DNA of 64,000 nucleotides from an uncultured Lentimicrobiaceae bacterium (GTDB taxonomy: Bacteria; Bacteroidota; Bacteroidia; Bacteroidales; JAGONC01). The notes beneath the pieces are model-generated. The model was not told the DNA's origin and did no database searches. It saw only the letters and a list, made by a program, of their open reading frames with translations. The position numbers and the translations under genes were made by a program. Position 1 is the stretch's first letter. Each line of letters starts with the position of its first letter. Positions 36,504 to 46,580 of this stretch are shown piece after piece. The DNA is taken from the NCBI GenBank assembly GCA_964628285.1, contig CAZVNP010000013.1, forward strand, positions 931-64,930, in the 5' to 3' direction.

Positions 36504-38897
36504 TCAATATTCGACGATGATCCCCACTGTCGGTATCACCGTGCCGCTGAGGACATGCACCTGCTTAAGGATATACCGTGACGGGTCGTCGGGATCGATC
36601 ATGGGATTGCCGTTGGCGTCGAGGTTGGTGTATTCGGGCGGTGTGTCGACTTTAAAATTGTACACATTCTGCACGTCGACGTAAAGCATGAGTGACCATT
36701 TCCTGAAAAAAAATGCCTTATCCACTCTGACGTCGAGCTGATGGAATGATTTAAGACGGTTCCGGTTATAACGTGTGTAGTCAGGATAAGCCTGGTTACG
36801 GACATCCCATGCCGTGCGCAGGCTTGATTTATTCAGATCGGCGGGGGTATAAGGTGCACCGCCCACATAGCGCCACTTCAGGCCGGCTTCCCAGTGGCCA
36901 TTGAATTTCTTCAAAACGGTGATGTTGAAAAGATTGATGTTATCCCACGCCGACGGGATGTAGGCAGCCGTGGCGTTGGTAAACTCGCTCCTGACGAGGG
37001 TATAGGATAACAGCAGGTTAAAGCCCATCAAATCGGTATTCCTGTACAGAAGCTCCAGCCCGTAGGCCCGGCCCTCGGAGGTGGAGACAACGGGCTCGGC
37101 ACCGTAAACGCCGTAGTCGGCGCTCTTGCTGGCCATGGAGACCGAGTCGGCCAGCGAAAAAGGATAATGCCTGTAATATTTATAAAATCCTTCGAGGGAT
37201 AATTTGGAATGTTCATCAGGCAGCAGCTCAAGGCCGCCGACCACATGATCGACGGAGATATACGTCAGCCCGTTGATCTTGTTGATAAGCCGGGCCTGAT
37301 CGTCACGGTATCCCATCATGGTATAGGGAGGCAACTGGTAATAGCGTCCTGTATTGAAATTAAAAAAGAGCTTTGGCGTAAGCGCATAAGAGGCCGAGAA
37401 ACGCGGTGACACCTGCCTGAACAGATACGACATCTCGTCTGAATAACTGCCGGCATCCATTCTGACGCCCAACGAAAGGGCCAGCCTCTCTTTTATCAGG
37501 TTTCTGCTGACCTGCCCGAAGAGGCTCCATCTGTACATGTCGATGTACGAGTTATAATCCAGCACCTCAAGTTGATTCCAGATGTAGAGTTTTTGATAGG
37601 TGTCGTTGGTATATTTATCATACTCCGCCCCTGCCCCAATGTTGACATTGTAATTGCCCCACCGGGTGTTGTTCTCGTACCTGAACTTGTTCTCCATTTC
37701 CTGTGACCGAAGGTTCAGTATCAGCTTGCTTGGGTCATCCTCCACATTGTCCTCGTATTTATAAATTCTGTTGTTAAGCATGTTACGGCTGAGCACCCAG
37801 GTGTCGTAACCTTTTTGGCGGAAATGGCGGTACACGGCGCCGATGGCATAGCTCCACTGTTTATTGACAGGGAGGTAACCGAGGATATAGCGCTGCGATT
37901 CATCGGGATTTTTTATGCCCGTATTAAGCTTGGAATTATCTAAGGCACCGATGCTGATGATGCTCAACTGGTCTTTCAGGTTAAAATCATGTTTCACCTT
38001 GAACTGGTAATCGTTATATGTGGGCAGAAAAGGCAGTCCCAGGGCATTGAACAGGAACTGCAGGTAGGAGCGGCGGAGGGAGAAAATGCAGGTGGTCTTC
38101 TCTCCCAGGGGTCCGTCGAGTGTCAGGCCCAGGTCGGAGGCGCCGACGATAGCCCTGATATGCGCATGATCCCTGTTGCCGTCTTTCTGCTCAAATTCGA
38201 TCACCGAGCTCAGGGCGTTGCCGCGGTCGGCAGGGAAAGCGCCGGAATAGAAATTGACCTCACGGATGAAATCAACGTTGATGATGCCTACAGGTCCGCC
38301 GGAGGCGCCCTGTGTGGAGAAGTGATTGAGATAAGGTATTTCCACGCCGTCGAGGAAGAACCTGTTCTCGCTGGCGCCGCCGCCTCTGACGATCAGGTCG
38401 TTGCGGTAAGCGGGCGTGGATCCCACACCGGGGAGGATCTGTACGACCTTCGAAATGTCGCGGTTGCTGCCGGGGTTCTTCTCGATCTCGGCAATGCCCA
38501 AGGTTTGCATCGATAAGGGGCTCTCTTCATTCCGGACAAAGGGCGAGGCCTTGACGACCACGGCGTTGAGATCATAGGTCTTCTCCACCATCGGAATGTC
38601 AACGTATTCAATTTTGGCATTGGTCACCATCACCTCTTCGGTGAATTTATCCTCAAAGCCGACAGCGGTGGCTTTCAACCTGACGAAGCCGGGCTGCAGC
38701 CCCCGGATCGTATAATTACCGTCAAGGTCACTCGTGGCACCCGTTTCAGGCTGTTCCCACACGATGATATTGGTAAACGGCATCGGCTCATTGGTGGCGG
38801 CATTATATACCCTTCCCCTGATGGAGCCTGTCTGTCCGAAGGCAAAAAATTCTGTAGCCGATATCAATAAAAAGGTCAGTAATTGTCTCATCTTCAT
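36504..38897 (-). CDS. TonB-dependent receptor
   Basis: N-terminal carboxypeptidase-like domain, plug LIVRGG...ENRFFLDGVEIP..NHF, C-terminal PTVGIIVEY. Confidence 0.88.
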   Translation of the reverse strand: MKMRQLLTFLLISATEFFAFGQTGSIRGRVYNAATNEPMPFTNIIVWEQPETGATSDLDGNYTIRGLQPGFVRLKATAVGFEDKFTEEVMVTNAKIEYVDIPMVEKTYDLNAVVVKASPFVRNEESPLSMQTLGIAEIEKNPGSNRDISKVVQILPGVGSTPAYRNDLIVRGGGASENRFFLDGVEIPYLNHFSTQGASGGPVGIINVDFIREVNFYSGAFPADRGNALSSVIEFEQKDGNRDHAHIRAIVGASDLGLTLDGPLGEKTTCIFSLRRSYLQFLFNALGLPFLPTYNDYQFKVKHDFNLKDQLSIISIGALDNSKLNTGIKNPDESQRYILGYLPVNKQWSYAIGAVYRHFRQKGYDTWVLSRNMLNNRIYKYEDNVEDDPSKLILNLRSQEMENKFRYENNTRWGNYNVNIGAGAEYDKYTNDTYQKLYIWNQLEVLDYNSYIDMYRWSLFGQVSRNLIKERLALSLGVRMDAGSYSDEMSYLFRQVSPRFSASYALTPKLFFNFNTGRYYQLPPYTMMGYRDDQARLINKINGLTYISVDHVVGGLELLPDEHSKLSLEGFYKYYRHYPFSLADSVSMASKSADYGVYGAEPVVSTSEGRAYGLELLYRNTDLMGFNLLLSYTLVRSEFTNATAAYIPSAWDNINLFNITVLKKFNGHWEAGLKWRYVGGAPYTPADLNKSSLRTAWDVRNQAYPDYTRYNRNRLKSFHQLDVRVDKAFFFRKWSLMLYVDVQNVYNFKVDTPPEYTNLDANGNPMIDPDDPSRYILKQVHVLSGTVIPTVGIIVEY

Positions 38898-38961
38898 ATT
38901 AATTCATTTATTCTCCGATTGAATGACGTTCTATGTTTGTTTAACTTTTTACAACAAAAAG

Positions 38962-39870
38962 TTAAACAATTTTGTTCATCCTTTCAAGAATAAATGCCAT
39001 TTTTTTTTCATCTTCGAGTGTCCCGTCAATCCAGTTGATGCGGTGCCCATGACGCTCCATCCGGCGGAACCATGTCATCTGGCGTTTCGCATATTGATGG
39101 ATGGCCGTATTAAGACGTTCGAACATATCGTCGAACGACAGTTCCCCGAGGATATAGCGTGTGATGTATTTATATTCCAGACCATAATATATAAGCTTCT
39201 GAGGCTTCAAGCCGCTGTCGAGGAGGTGCCGCACCTCGTCGGTCATACCGGCATCAAGTCTATTCTTCAGTCTTTCGGTGATCCTTGCCCGGATGACAGG
39301 ACGTGGGAAGGAGATGCCGAAAATGACCGAATCGATGGCAGGTAGCGGCGGTGGTGTTTCGGGATGTGACCTGTAAAATTCCTGTATCTCGAGGGCACGT
39401 ATGAGCCTTTGCCTGTCGGAGGTGTCGCTGACGTTATGAGGCGTAGTATAGGATGCCAGCAGGGCGACCAGTTCATCACCGGACAGTGTTTTGAAGTAAG
39501 CCCTCCGCCGAGTGTCCACGGGCACCTGCAACAGGCGGTAGCGGTCCAGAACTGCCTCGAGGTAAAGGCCTGTCCCGCCGCACAGCACAGGCATCCGGCC
39601 ACGGGAGAGCACGGTACGGTATACCTTCAGAAAATCCCTCTGGTAGTCATAGACACTGTATTCCACGCCGGGATCCACGATATCGACCAGATGAAAGGGT
39701 ACCTGCTTACCGTCGACGGTATAATCACCATAGTCTTTGCCTGTGCCCAGGTTCATGCCGCGGTAAACCTGGCGTGAGTCGGCTGAGATGACCTCGCCGT
39801 TGAGGCGTGAGGCTGCCAGGGCGGCCAAAGCCGTTTTGCCCGAGGCGGTGGGGCCGAGGATAGTTATCAT
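38962..39870 (-). CDS. miaA: tRNA dimethylallyltransferase
   Basis: ILGPTASGKT, ISADSRQVYRGM, CGGTGLY, YAKRQMTWFR. The true start is ATG 39870; the track's SEKRIAN extension comes from the tandem repeat. Confidence 0.9.
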   Translation of the reverse strand: MITILGPTASGKTALAALAASRLNGEVISADSRQVYRGMNLGTGKDYGDYTVDGKQVPFHLVDIVDPGVEYSVYDYQRDFLKVYRTVLSRGRMPVLCGGTGLYLEAVLDRYRLLQVPVDTRRRAYFKTLSGDELVALLASYTTPHNVSDTSDRQRLIRALEIQEFYRSHPETPPPLPAIDSVIFGISFPRPVIRARITERLKNRLDAGMTDEVRHLLDSGLKPQKLIYYGLEYKYITRYILGELSFDDMFERLNTAIHQYAKRQMTWFRRMERHGHRINWIDGTLEDEKKMAFILERMNKIV

Positions 39871-39892
39871 GTAGTAAAGATAATAAATTGGG

Positions 39893-39969
39893 CGATTGTC
39901 GATTTTCGATTTTCGCTTCTCGCTATTCGCTATTCGCTTCTCGCTATTCGCTATTCGCTTCTCGCTTTT
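39893..39969. repeat. Heptamer tandem array, 11 units (CGCTATT/CGCTTCT/CGATTTT variants)
   Basis: Read directly, with a higher-order 21-bp period (cgcttct-cgctatt-cgctatt)x2. Confidence 0.9.
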
Positions 39970-39985
39970 CAATGTGAATAGGAGC

Positions 39986-41224
39986 TTAGGTTACCGTGAA
40001 GTGTCCGGATTGGCGGCAGTGGTCCTCGTGGGAAGAGAGGAAATCGCGCAGATGATTCAGGCCGGCGGGATCCATTTTTCCGAAATCGATGGCGTCGGGA
40101 TCAATATTCCATGACTGTAAGTGTTCAGGAGGGTAAAACTTTCTGATGAATGCCTTCAGGTTTTCCTCATCGCTGTGAAGCACTTTCTTTTGTTCCGTTT
40201 TGAGATACTGCAGTATCCTCAGTCCGTCCACCCTGGCGGTGCAGGCTCTGATGAACGGCTCACGGCTCCGGTAATTGTGGCGGAGGCGGCGCCAGGTGTC
40301 ATCCTTCCCGAACAGGGCGTAAAGAAAATCATCCATGGGTGTGGCGACATCTTTTTTAAAAAGAACATCAAAACGGTCATAGGTCTCCCTGACCTTATCG
40401 AAAAGGCTGTAATGATAAATGGGATAGCCGGACCAGTCGCCTGAGCGGCCTCTGATCATAGCGGGGCCGGTGCCGAAGAACACGCGGTCGGAGAAACGGG
40501 CCGCAGGATACACACGTTCTTCATTCCAATGAATGATACGGCCCTGTTTGCAGAGCTTCTGCATAAAATAAAAATCCTCCCCGCTTCTGTGTGGCGTGAT
40601 CCCTCCCACTTTTCTGTAGGCCCACACAGGCAGGGCCATGGCCGAGCCGAGGGCGGTGAAGGCATAGGGGTTGGTGATGCGCCACATGTTAAGGAAATAA
40701 TAACGCATGTATATCTCATAGCGCAGCATGCACCTGTCGGTGTCGCCATCTCCGGTCAAGTGGTGGTAATAAGGTAAAGATAGTGCCATGGCCTCGGGAT
40801 GACTCTTCAGGGTCCGGCAAACCGACTGTAAATAGTTCTCATGGAAGGTGGTGTCGGCATCGATGCTGATGATGATGTCCTCATTATTGGCTTTGCTGAC
40901 GATGGCGTCCATGGCTGTCTTACGTGCCCAGCCCACGCCCAGGTTCTTGCCCTGCCAGCCCCGGCCCGGTGTGGAACGGTCGAGGAGGGTGAGGCGGATG
41001 CCTTCGAGACCCTCAAGGTATTCAAGGGTCCGGCTGTTCCTTAGACAGATTTCCCTTTTCTCCTGGTCATACCACCAGCGGTCGGGCTGATTGACGCAGA
41101 CAACCAGCTCATATGACGTCAGTGATTGTTTCCGCAAGACGGCGATGAGCCGGGGCAGAAGCTCCGTTTCATCCATCACGGGCAAGGCCAGGTAAACGAA
41201 AGGTGTCGATACGGTTGACGACAT
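39986..41224 (-). CDS. GT-A fold (GT2-like) glycosyltransferase
   Basis: ISIDADT (DxD), YRKVGG...SGEDFYF, SDRVFFGTG. Confidence 0.7.
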   Translation of the reverse strand: MSSTVSTPFVYLALPVMDETELLPRLIAVLRKQSLTSYELVVCVNQPDRWWYDQEKREICLRNSRTLEYLEGLEGIRLTLLDRSTPGRGWQGKNLGVGWARKTAMDAIVSKANNEDIIISIDADTTFHENYLQSVCRTLKSHPEAMALSLPYYHHLTGDGDTDRCMLRYEIYMRYYFLNMWRITNPYAFTALGSAMALPVWAYRKVGGITPHRSGEDFYFMQKLCKQGRIIHWNEERVYPAARFSDRVFFGTGPAMIRGRSGDWSGYPIYHYSLFDKVRETYDRFDVLFKKDVATPMDDFLYALFGKDDTWRRLRHNYRSREPFIRACTARVDGLRILQYLKTEQKKVLHSDEENLKAFIRKFYPPEHLQSWNIDPDAIDFGKMDPAGLNHLRDFLSSHEDHCRQSGHFTVT

Positions 41225-41225
41225 G

Positions 41226-42218
41226 TCACTCGATGCCGGCGAAGTGCTTCATGAACTGCACCCGTTCATAAGGTGCCGGGTTTTCGGCCTTTTTAAAGCT
41301 CATCAGACCGATGAAATCGCTGAGGTGCTCAAAACGGTGTTTCTGCATCCAGGCTTCGATATCATTAAGCATCTCCCCTATGCGTCCGAGGCCGTTCTTG
41401 TAAAAGGTGGTGACACACTGCACAGCTTTGGCACCGGCGAGGAGTTGTTTGATGACGGCTTTTCCGTCGTGGATACCCGTTGAGGCGGCGATATCGCAGT
41501 GCACCCTGTCGGAGAGGATAGCCACCCAGCGCAGCGAGATGGCTATCTCGTCAGGGGTGCTGAAAATATTGGAAGGCACCACTTTAAACCGGTCGACATC
41601 AATGTCGGGAGAGTAAAAGCGGTTGAAGAGGACCATGCCGGCGATGCCTGTCCAGGAGATGCGGAGGGCAAACTTGGCCAGGCCGGAGAAATAATAGCTT
41701 ATTTTGATTGACAGCGGGATGGATATTTGCCTGATGACATTCTGCACGATCTCAAAGTAGAGGTTTTGATTTTCCTCACCGCTGCGCTGAGGGTCAGACG
41801 GCAGGATGAAAATGTTCAGTTCGAGGGCATCGGCGCCGGCATCTTCTATCCGTCGTGCAAAGGTGGTCCACTCATGGGTGCTGACACAGTTGATGCTCGC
41901 GATCACCGGTATCTTGACCGCCAGTTTGCAGTCCCTGATAAAATCAAGGTATTCATTCAATGAATGATCCCTGGAATAGGTCGCAATGTAGTCGTTGGCC
42001 TCGGCATAGGCATAGGGCGTATCATGGCCGCTGCCGTTGAAGGCGTGGCTGATCTCATAGCGTATCTGTTCTTCGAAAAGTGACTTTAAAACAACAGCTG
42101 CAGCGCCCTTCTTTTCAATCTCGGTGATGCTGTCGACGGCCATCGTCAGCCCCGAGCTGCCCACGATGATGGGATTCTTCAGCTGAAGCCCCATGTACCT
42201 CGTTGAAAGATCGATCAT
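41226..42218 (-). CDS. Dihydroorotate dehydrogenase-like flavoprotein
   Basis: GLQLKNPIIVGSS, VVLKSLFEEQI, VLFNRFY, ASTGIHDG. Confidence 0.85.
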   Translation of the reverse strand: MIDLSTRYMGLQLKNPIIVGSSGLTMAVDSITEIEKKGAAAVVLKSLFEEQIRYEISHAFNGSGHDTPYAYAEANDYIATYSRDHSLNEYLDFIRDCKLAVKIPVIASINCVSTHEWTTFARRIEDAGADALELNIFILPSDPQRSGEENQNLYFEIVQNVIRQISIPLSIKISYYFSGLAKFALRISWTGIAGMVLFNRFYSPDIDVDRFKVVPSNIFSTPDEIAISLRWVAILSDRVHCDIAASTGIHDGKAVIKQLLAGAKAVQCVTTFYKNGLGRIGEMLNDIEAWMQKHRFEHLSDFIGLMSFKKAENPAPYERVQFMKHFAGIE

Positions 42219-42313
42219 AAGACCATCAGGTTAAAAGATTCAAAACCGTATAAATTCAATGTGCCAGGCAAATTTAACGATTCATATCCAAAAACGGATA
42301 AAAATGTCGAATA

Positions 42314-43750
42314 TTAACGGCAGATCTTCCGGTCTTCTTCGGTGAAGCCATTGGTTTTGATCTTGACGATCTCCCTGATGTCATTGATTATCTTGGATGC
42401 GAGGGTTTCTGCCTTGACGATCGAATCGCTTTCGGAGAATATCCTGATGACCGGTTCGGTGTTGGATTTGCGTAAATGGACCCATTCATCGTTGAACTCG
42501 ATGCGGATGCCGTCGGTATTGTCAACCGGCTGTTTGCTGTACCTTTCCCTCATTTTCTGCATGATATCATCCACATCCATCTCAGGGTCGAGGGTCAGTT
42601 TATTTTTAGAGATAAAATAATTGGGGTAGGCATTACGAAGCACCGAGCAGCTCTTTCCCGAAGTGGCGAGATATGACAGGAACAGGGCTATGCCGGCGAG
42701 GGCGTCGCGGCCGTAATGCAGGTCGGGGTATATGACGCCGCCGTTGCCTTCGCCGCCGATGACGGCTTTCCTGGCTTTCATCATCTTCACCACATGGGGC
42801 TCACCCACAGCCGAAGCGAAGTATTCACCGCCGGCTTTGAGGGTGATGTCGCGCAAGGCCATCGTGGAAGACAGATTGGAGACGGTATTGCCTTTTTTAT
42901 GCTGAAGGATATAATCGGCGACGGCGACGAGCGTGTATTCCTCGCCGAACATTTCGCCGTCTTCCATCACAATGGCCAACCTGTCGACGTCGGGGTCGAC
43001 GGCAAAGCCGACATGGGCATTGCTCTTAATGACCATTTCCGACAGCTCGCCGAGGTTCTCCGCCAGGGGCTCGGGGTTATGAGGAAACTCACCCGTGGGC
43101 TCGCAATAGAGACATTCGATGTCTTCCACACCCAGCCGCCGGAGCAACGCCGGTACGGCCATACCGCCGCCGGAGCTGATGCCGTCAACGGCCACCCTGA
43201 AACGTGCCGCCCTGATGGCTTCCACATTGACGAGAGGAAGGGCCAAGATCTTATCCAGATGCCGTTCCAGAGCGGCGGCATCATTATGATACCTGCCAAG
43301 GGAAGAAGGGGATGCATATTCAAAATCGTCCAGGCGTGAGAGCTCATGCACTACCGAAGCTTCCTTCGCCGACAGGAACTCGCCCCGGTGATTGAGCAGC
43401 TTCAGGGCATTCCATTGTTTGGGATTATGACTGGCGGTAATGGCTATACCACCTTCGCCCTGTAAATCGACGACGGCTATTTCAAGTGTCGGTGTTGTGG
43501 TCAGACCCACGTTGACCACATCAATGCCACAGGCCGTCAGGGTAGCCGCCACGATGTTGCTGACCATCACTCCCGAAGGACGGGCATCACGCCCTATGAT
43601 GACCCTGGCTTTGCCGTCACCCCTCCTGTTCTGCAGAATAAAGCGTGCAAATGCTGTCGTGAACTTCACTGTATCTACTGGCGTTAACCCCTCACCGGAC
43701 CGGGCACCTATCGTACCCCTGATCCCTGAAACCGAATTGATCAATACCAT
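42314..43750 (-). CDS. glmM: Phosphoglucosamine mutase (alpha-phosphohexomutase)
   Basis: SGIRG, ITASHNP, DPDVDR, GGEGNGG, RKSNTEP. Confidence 0.85.
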   Translation of the reverse strand: MVLINSVSGIRGTIGARSGEGLTPVDTVKFTTAFARFILQNRRGDGKARVIIGRDARPSGVMVSNIVAATLTACGIDVVNVGLTTTPTLEIAVVDLQGEGGIAITASHNPKQWNALKLLNHRGEFLSAKEASVVHELSRLDDFEYASPSSLGRYHNDAAALERHLDKILALPLVNVEAIRAARFRVAVDGISSGGGMAVPALLRRLGVEDIECLYCEPTGEFPHNPEPLAENLGELSEMVIKSNAHVGFAVDPDVDRLAIVMEDGEMFGEEYTLVAVADYILQHKKGNTVSNLSSTMALRDITLKAGGEYFASAVGEPHVVKMMKARKAVIGGEGNGGVIYPDLHYGRDALAGIALFLSYLATSGKSCSVLRNAYPNYFISKNKLTLDPEMDVDDIMQKMRERYSKQPVDNTDGIRIEFNDEWVHLRKSNTEPVIRIFSESDSIVKAETLASKIINDIREIVKIKTNGFTEEDRKICR

Positions 43751-44021
43751 CGTGACGGATGTAAAAACGATTCACTGTTAAAACAACTCACTGCTGAAAA
43801 GGTTAATTCGTAGATTTGTGCATAAAAATAACTTTTTATTCAGGCTTTTGGGTGGTGTTGTTAATAAGTGCTAACATTTTTTAACATCCCGTCACGTAAA
43901 AACATGATGGAATTGATAATTTTCACAAATAAAACCGGGATCTTTGAAAATATTTTTATGTTTCACTTTTCTATACCTTTGCATCGTGTATTAAATAACG
44001 CTTTTTCGGGCATCAGATTGT

Positions 44022-45437
44022 ATGGAAGAGAATTTTGAGTTTTATAATAATGAGGAAGACATCATGACGGTCATTTACCGTTTTGAAAAGATGGTGGGGA
44101 CAGACAGTAATATTTTCTTCGACGTGGAGGATTTTGAGGCCATCATTGATTATTACCTCGGCAGGAATGACATGGAAAAAGCGGCATTAGCCATCGACCG
44201 TGCGCTGTCGCAGCATCCCGGCGCGGTCGTTTTCCTGCTGAAGAAAGTGCAATATTTTATCTCTTCCAACAATACCAAAAAAGCGCTACAGATGCTCGGT
44301 GAATTAGAAGACCTTGAACCTGACAATACGGAGATCCATATGACCAAAGGCTCTGTTTACAGCCAGCTTAAAAAGTACGACAAAGCCATTGAAGAATATC
44401 ATAAAGCCCTCGAAGACAGCGATGAACCGGAAGACATCTACACCAACATTGCCTTTGAGTACGAAAATCTCGGCAATTATCAGAAAGCCGTTGAATACCT
44501 GAGAAAAGTCGTCGAGAGTGATCCTGAAAATGAAACGGCCCTTTATGAGATCTCCTTTTGTTTTGAGATCACCAACCGTCCCGAGGAAAGCATTGATTTC
44601 TTCCGGCGGCATATTGACAAATTCCCCTATTCCAAGACGGCCTGGTTCAACCTGGGCATTGCTTACAACAACCTTGAGAAGTACGACAAAGCCATCCAGG
44701 CCTATGACTATGCCCTGGCCATCGATGAAACGTTCTCCTCGGCTTATTTCAACAAAGCCAACTCATATGCCAACCTTAAAGATTACAAACAGGCCATTAG
44801 CACATATGAAGAGACGTTCCGGTACGAACAGCCCGAGGCCATGACCTATTATTATATCGGCGAGTGTTATGAGAAGATGGAAGACTACCGCCGGGCCTTA
44901 CGCAGTTACAACGAAGCACTGCGTCTCGACGATGAGCTGGCCGACGCGTGGCTGGGCAAGGGGCTGGCCTACGACGTCATGAAACTGCCTGATAAAGCCA
45001 TCGATTGTGTCCAGAAAGCCGTCGACCTCAACCCCCTTAACACGGAATACTGGTATTTCCTCGGTGACATGCAGTATAAGTGCGGTCTCCTGAAAATGGC
45101 CCTTTTCTCATACCGTCAGGTGACGCAGCTCAACCCCGATGATCCCGACATATGGCTGGATTACTCCAACGTTTATTTCGAGATGGGCGACATCCGAAGC
45201 GCCATCAAAGTGCTCGAAGAAGGCATTGAGCTGCAACCCGACCATGCCGACATGCTGTACCGGCTGACCGTATACAAACATGTCTCAGGCAAGAGCAAAT
45301 CGGCTTACGAGCTGCTCGGCAAAGCCCTCAGGCTGAACTTCCAGAACCATAAACAACTGTTCAAATACTATCCGAAACTCAGGAATGATCCCCATATCAT
45401 CGAGATCATCGACCTGTACAAAGAAAGCGAAGAATGA
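44022..45437 (+). CDS. Tetratricopeptide repeat protein
   Basis: Many TPR units (AWFNLGIAY, AYFNKANSY, AWLGKG). Candidate -7 box TACCTTTG at 43974-43981. Confidence 0.9.
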   Translation: MEENFEFYNNEEDIMTVIYRFEKMVGTDSNIFFDVEDFEAIIDYYLGRNDMEKAALAIDRALSQHPGAVVFLLKKVQYFISSNNTKKALQMLGELEDLEPDNTEIHMTKGSVYSQLKKYDKAIEEYHKALEDSDEPEDIYTNIAFEYENLGNYQKAVEYLRKVVESDPENETALYEISFCFEITNRPEESIDFFRRHIDKFPYSKTAWFNLGIAYNNLEKYDKAIQAYDYALAIDETFSSAYFNKANSYANLKDYKQAISTYEETFRYEQPEAMTYYYIGECYEKMEDYRRALRSYNEALRLDDELADAWLGKGLAYDVMKLPDKAIDCVQKAVDLNPLNTEYWYFLGDMQYKCGLLKMALFSYRQVTQLNPDDPDIWLDYSNVYFEMGDIRSAIKVLEEGIELQPDHADMLYRLTVYKHVSGKSKSAYELLGKALRLNFQNHKQLFKYYPKLRNDPHIIEIIDLYKESEE

Positions 45438-45438
45438 C

Positions 45439-45960
45439 ATGAAAAAGACAGCTCTTGTTTACTGGCCGCGCAGAGGCAGCGTGGAAAAGAATGCCAGAAG
45501 GATCGCTGACCGTCTCGGACACGATCATGTCCATCTGATCCCGCTGAAAGATCTTGATCCTGATATGTTAAGAGATTATCCTGTCATCCTGTTCGGTTGT
45601 TCCACTGTGGGTGCCGACTCGTGGCGCAATGCCTGGACCGGCAACCAGTGGTTCAAGTTTTTCGTGAAGATGCATGATAAAAATACCGACCTGACAGGCA
45701 AAACGGCGGCCATCTTCGGTTTGGGCGACCAGATACTCTACCCTGCCGATTTTGTCAATGAGATCGCTGAGATCAGGAAAGAGCTCAAGTCGCGCGGAGC
45801 CACTGTCATAGGCAATTGGCCTGCAGAAGGGTATGAGAATACCGACAGCCAAGCCCTTGAGGGTGGCCATTTCATGGGTCTGGCCCTCGACGAGCACAAC
45901 CAATCCGAACTCAGCGAAGAGAGAATAAGCCGGTGGCTGGAGATGCTGAAGCAGGGATAG
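45439..45960 (+). CDS. Long-chain flavodoxin
   Basis: LFGCSTVG, AIFGLGDQILY, FMGLALDEHNQSELSEERI. Start set at ATG 45439. Confidence 0.85.
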   Translation: MKKTALVYWPRRGSVEKNARRIADRLGHDHVHLIPLKDLDPDMLRDYPVILFGCSTVGADSWRNAWTGNQWFKFFVKMHDKNTDLTGKTAAIFGLGDQILYPADFVNEIAEIRKELKSRGATVIGNWPAEGYENTDSQALEGGHFMGLALDEHNQSELSEERISRWLEMLKQG

Positions 45961-45963
45961 AAA

Positions 45964-46005
45964 GTTGCAGGTTACAGGTTGCGGGTTGCAAGTTGCGAGT
46001 TGCAA
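45964..46005. repeat. Heptamer tandem array (GTTGCAR-like)x6
   Basis: gttgcag gttacag gttgcgg gttgcaa gttgcga gttgcaa, directly before hairpin A. Confidence 0.85.
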
Positions 46006-46011
46006 GCTACG

Positions 46012-46069
46012 CAGCCCCCTACCCATCCCTTCCCCCAACATTGGGGAAGGGGTCAGGGGATAGGGGCTG
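46012..46069. repeat. Hairpin A, copy 3
   Basis: cagccccctacccatcccttcccccaacattggggaaggggtcaggggataggggctg. Confidence 0.85.
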
Positions 46070-46099
46070 AACATTGAATGTTCGTCAATGAGTGAAAAA

Positions 46100-46163
46100 G
46101 GGACTCCATCCACCTGCATGGTAAAATCTTTTTTCCGCTATCTGTTTGAGTGGATGGAGTCCC
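46100..46163. repeat. Palindrome P, copy 2
   Basis: gggactccatccac (46100-46113), 36-nt loop, gtggatggagtccc (46150-46163). Confidence 0.9.
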
Positions 46164-46572
46164 ATTCGAACTGATTCATAAAATTATATGTGAAATGAGT
46201 TGGATACCAATTGCTTGAATCATATAAACCGGACACGTCAAAATCCCTTAACCTGTTAATTTCATAAGTGTAGTTATAACTTACACATGCGGCAGGGCCA
46301 CAACTTGAATAAAGTTGCCGAAAAATCGGGTGCATGTATTTTTCCTCTGAATTGTCAATGACAAAAGGTAATGGGGTTTGAGAAGACACTGATGTAAGTT
46401 CCAGTTCCGGAATTTCATCCAGTTTGGCAATGTATTCAGGGGTGTAATCGGGGATTTTCCCAGCGATCCAGGGGTCACCATTCGGATCAGGATTTAAGTT
46501 CCTGACCTGAGCATGCGCCATCTTGAACATCGTCAAGGTTAAGAATGCTAAAAGAAAGTAAATGTTTTTCAT
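46138..46572 (-). pseudogene. Truncated papain-like (C1) cysteine peptidase, N-terminal fragment only
   Basis: Signal peptide, LPFVIDNS...PIFRQLYSSCG (Gln and catalytic Cys), YTYEIN, YPTHFTYNF. The last codons WDSIHSNR* are read from palindrome P. Confidence 0.7.
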
Positions 46573-46580
46573 AATGCAGT

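Noticed and set aside
38923-39345. 140-aa plus-strand ORF
   Set aside because: It lies antisense to miaA and has no recognisable features.
39871-39972. SEKRIAN repeat at the MiaA N-terminus
   Set aside because: It is translation of the intergenic heptamer array; the conserved MiaA start is at 39870.
43860-43876. CIRCE element upstream of glmM/TPR
   Set aside because: Only a right half-site (agtgctaa) is present; the matching left arm is absent.
45568-46119. ORFs starting M(Q/H)VDGVPFS or MDGVPFS (also 34705-34905 and the 49174-49275 extension)
   Set aside because: Their similarity comes from reading through P and hairpin A, so they are not a protein family.
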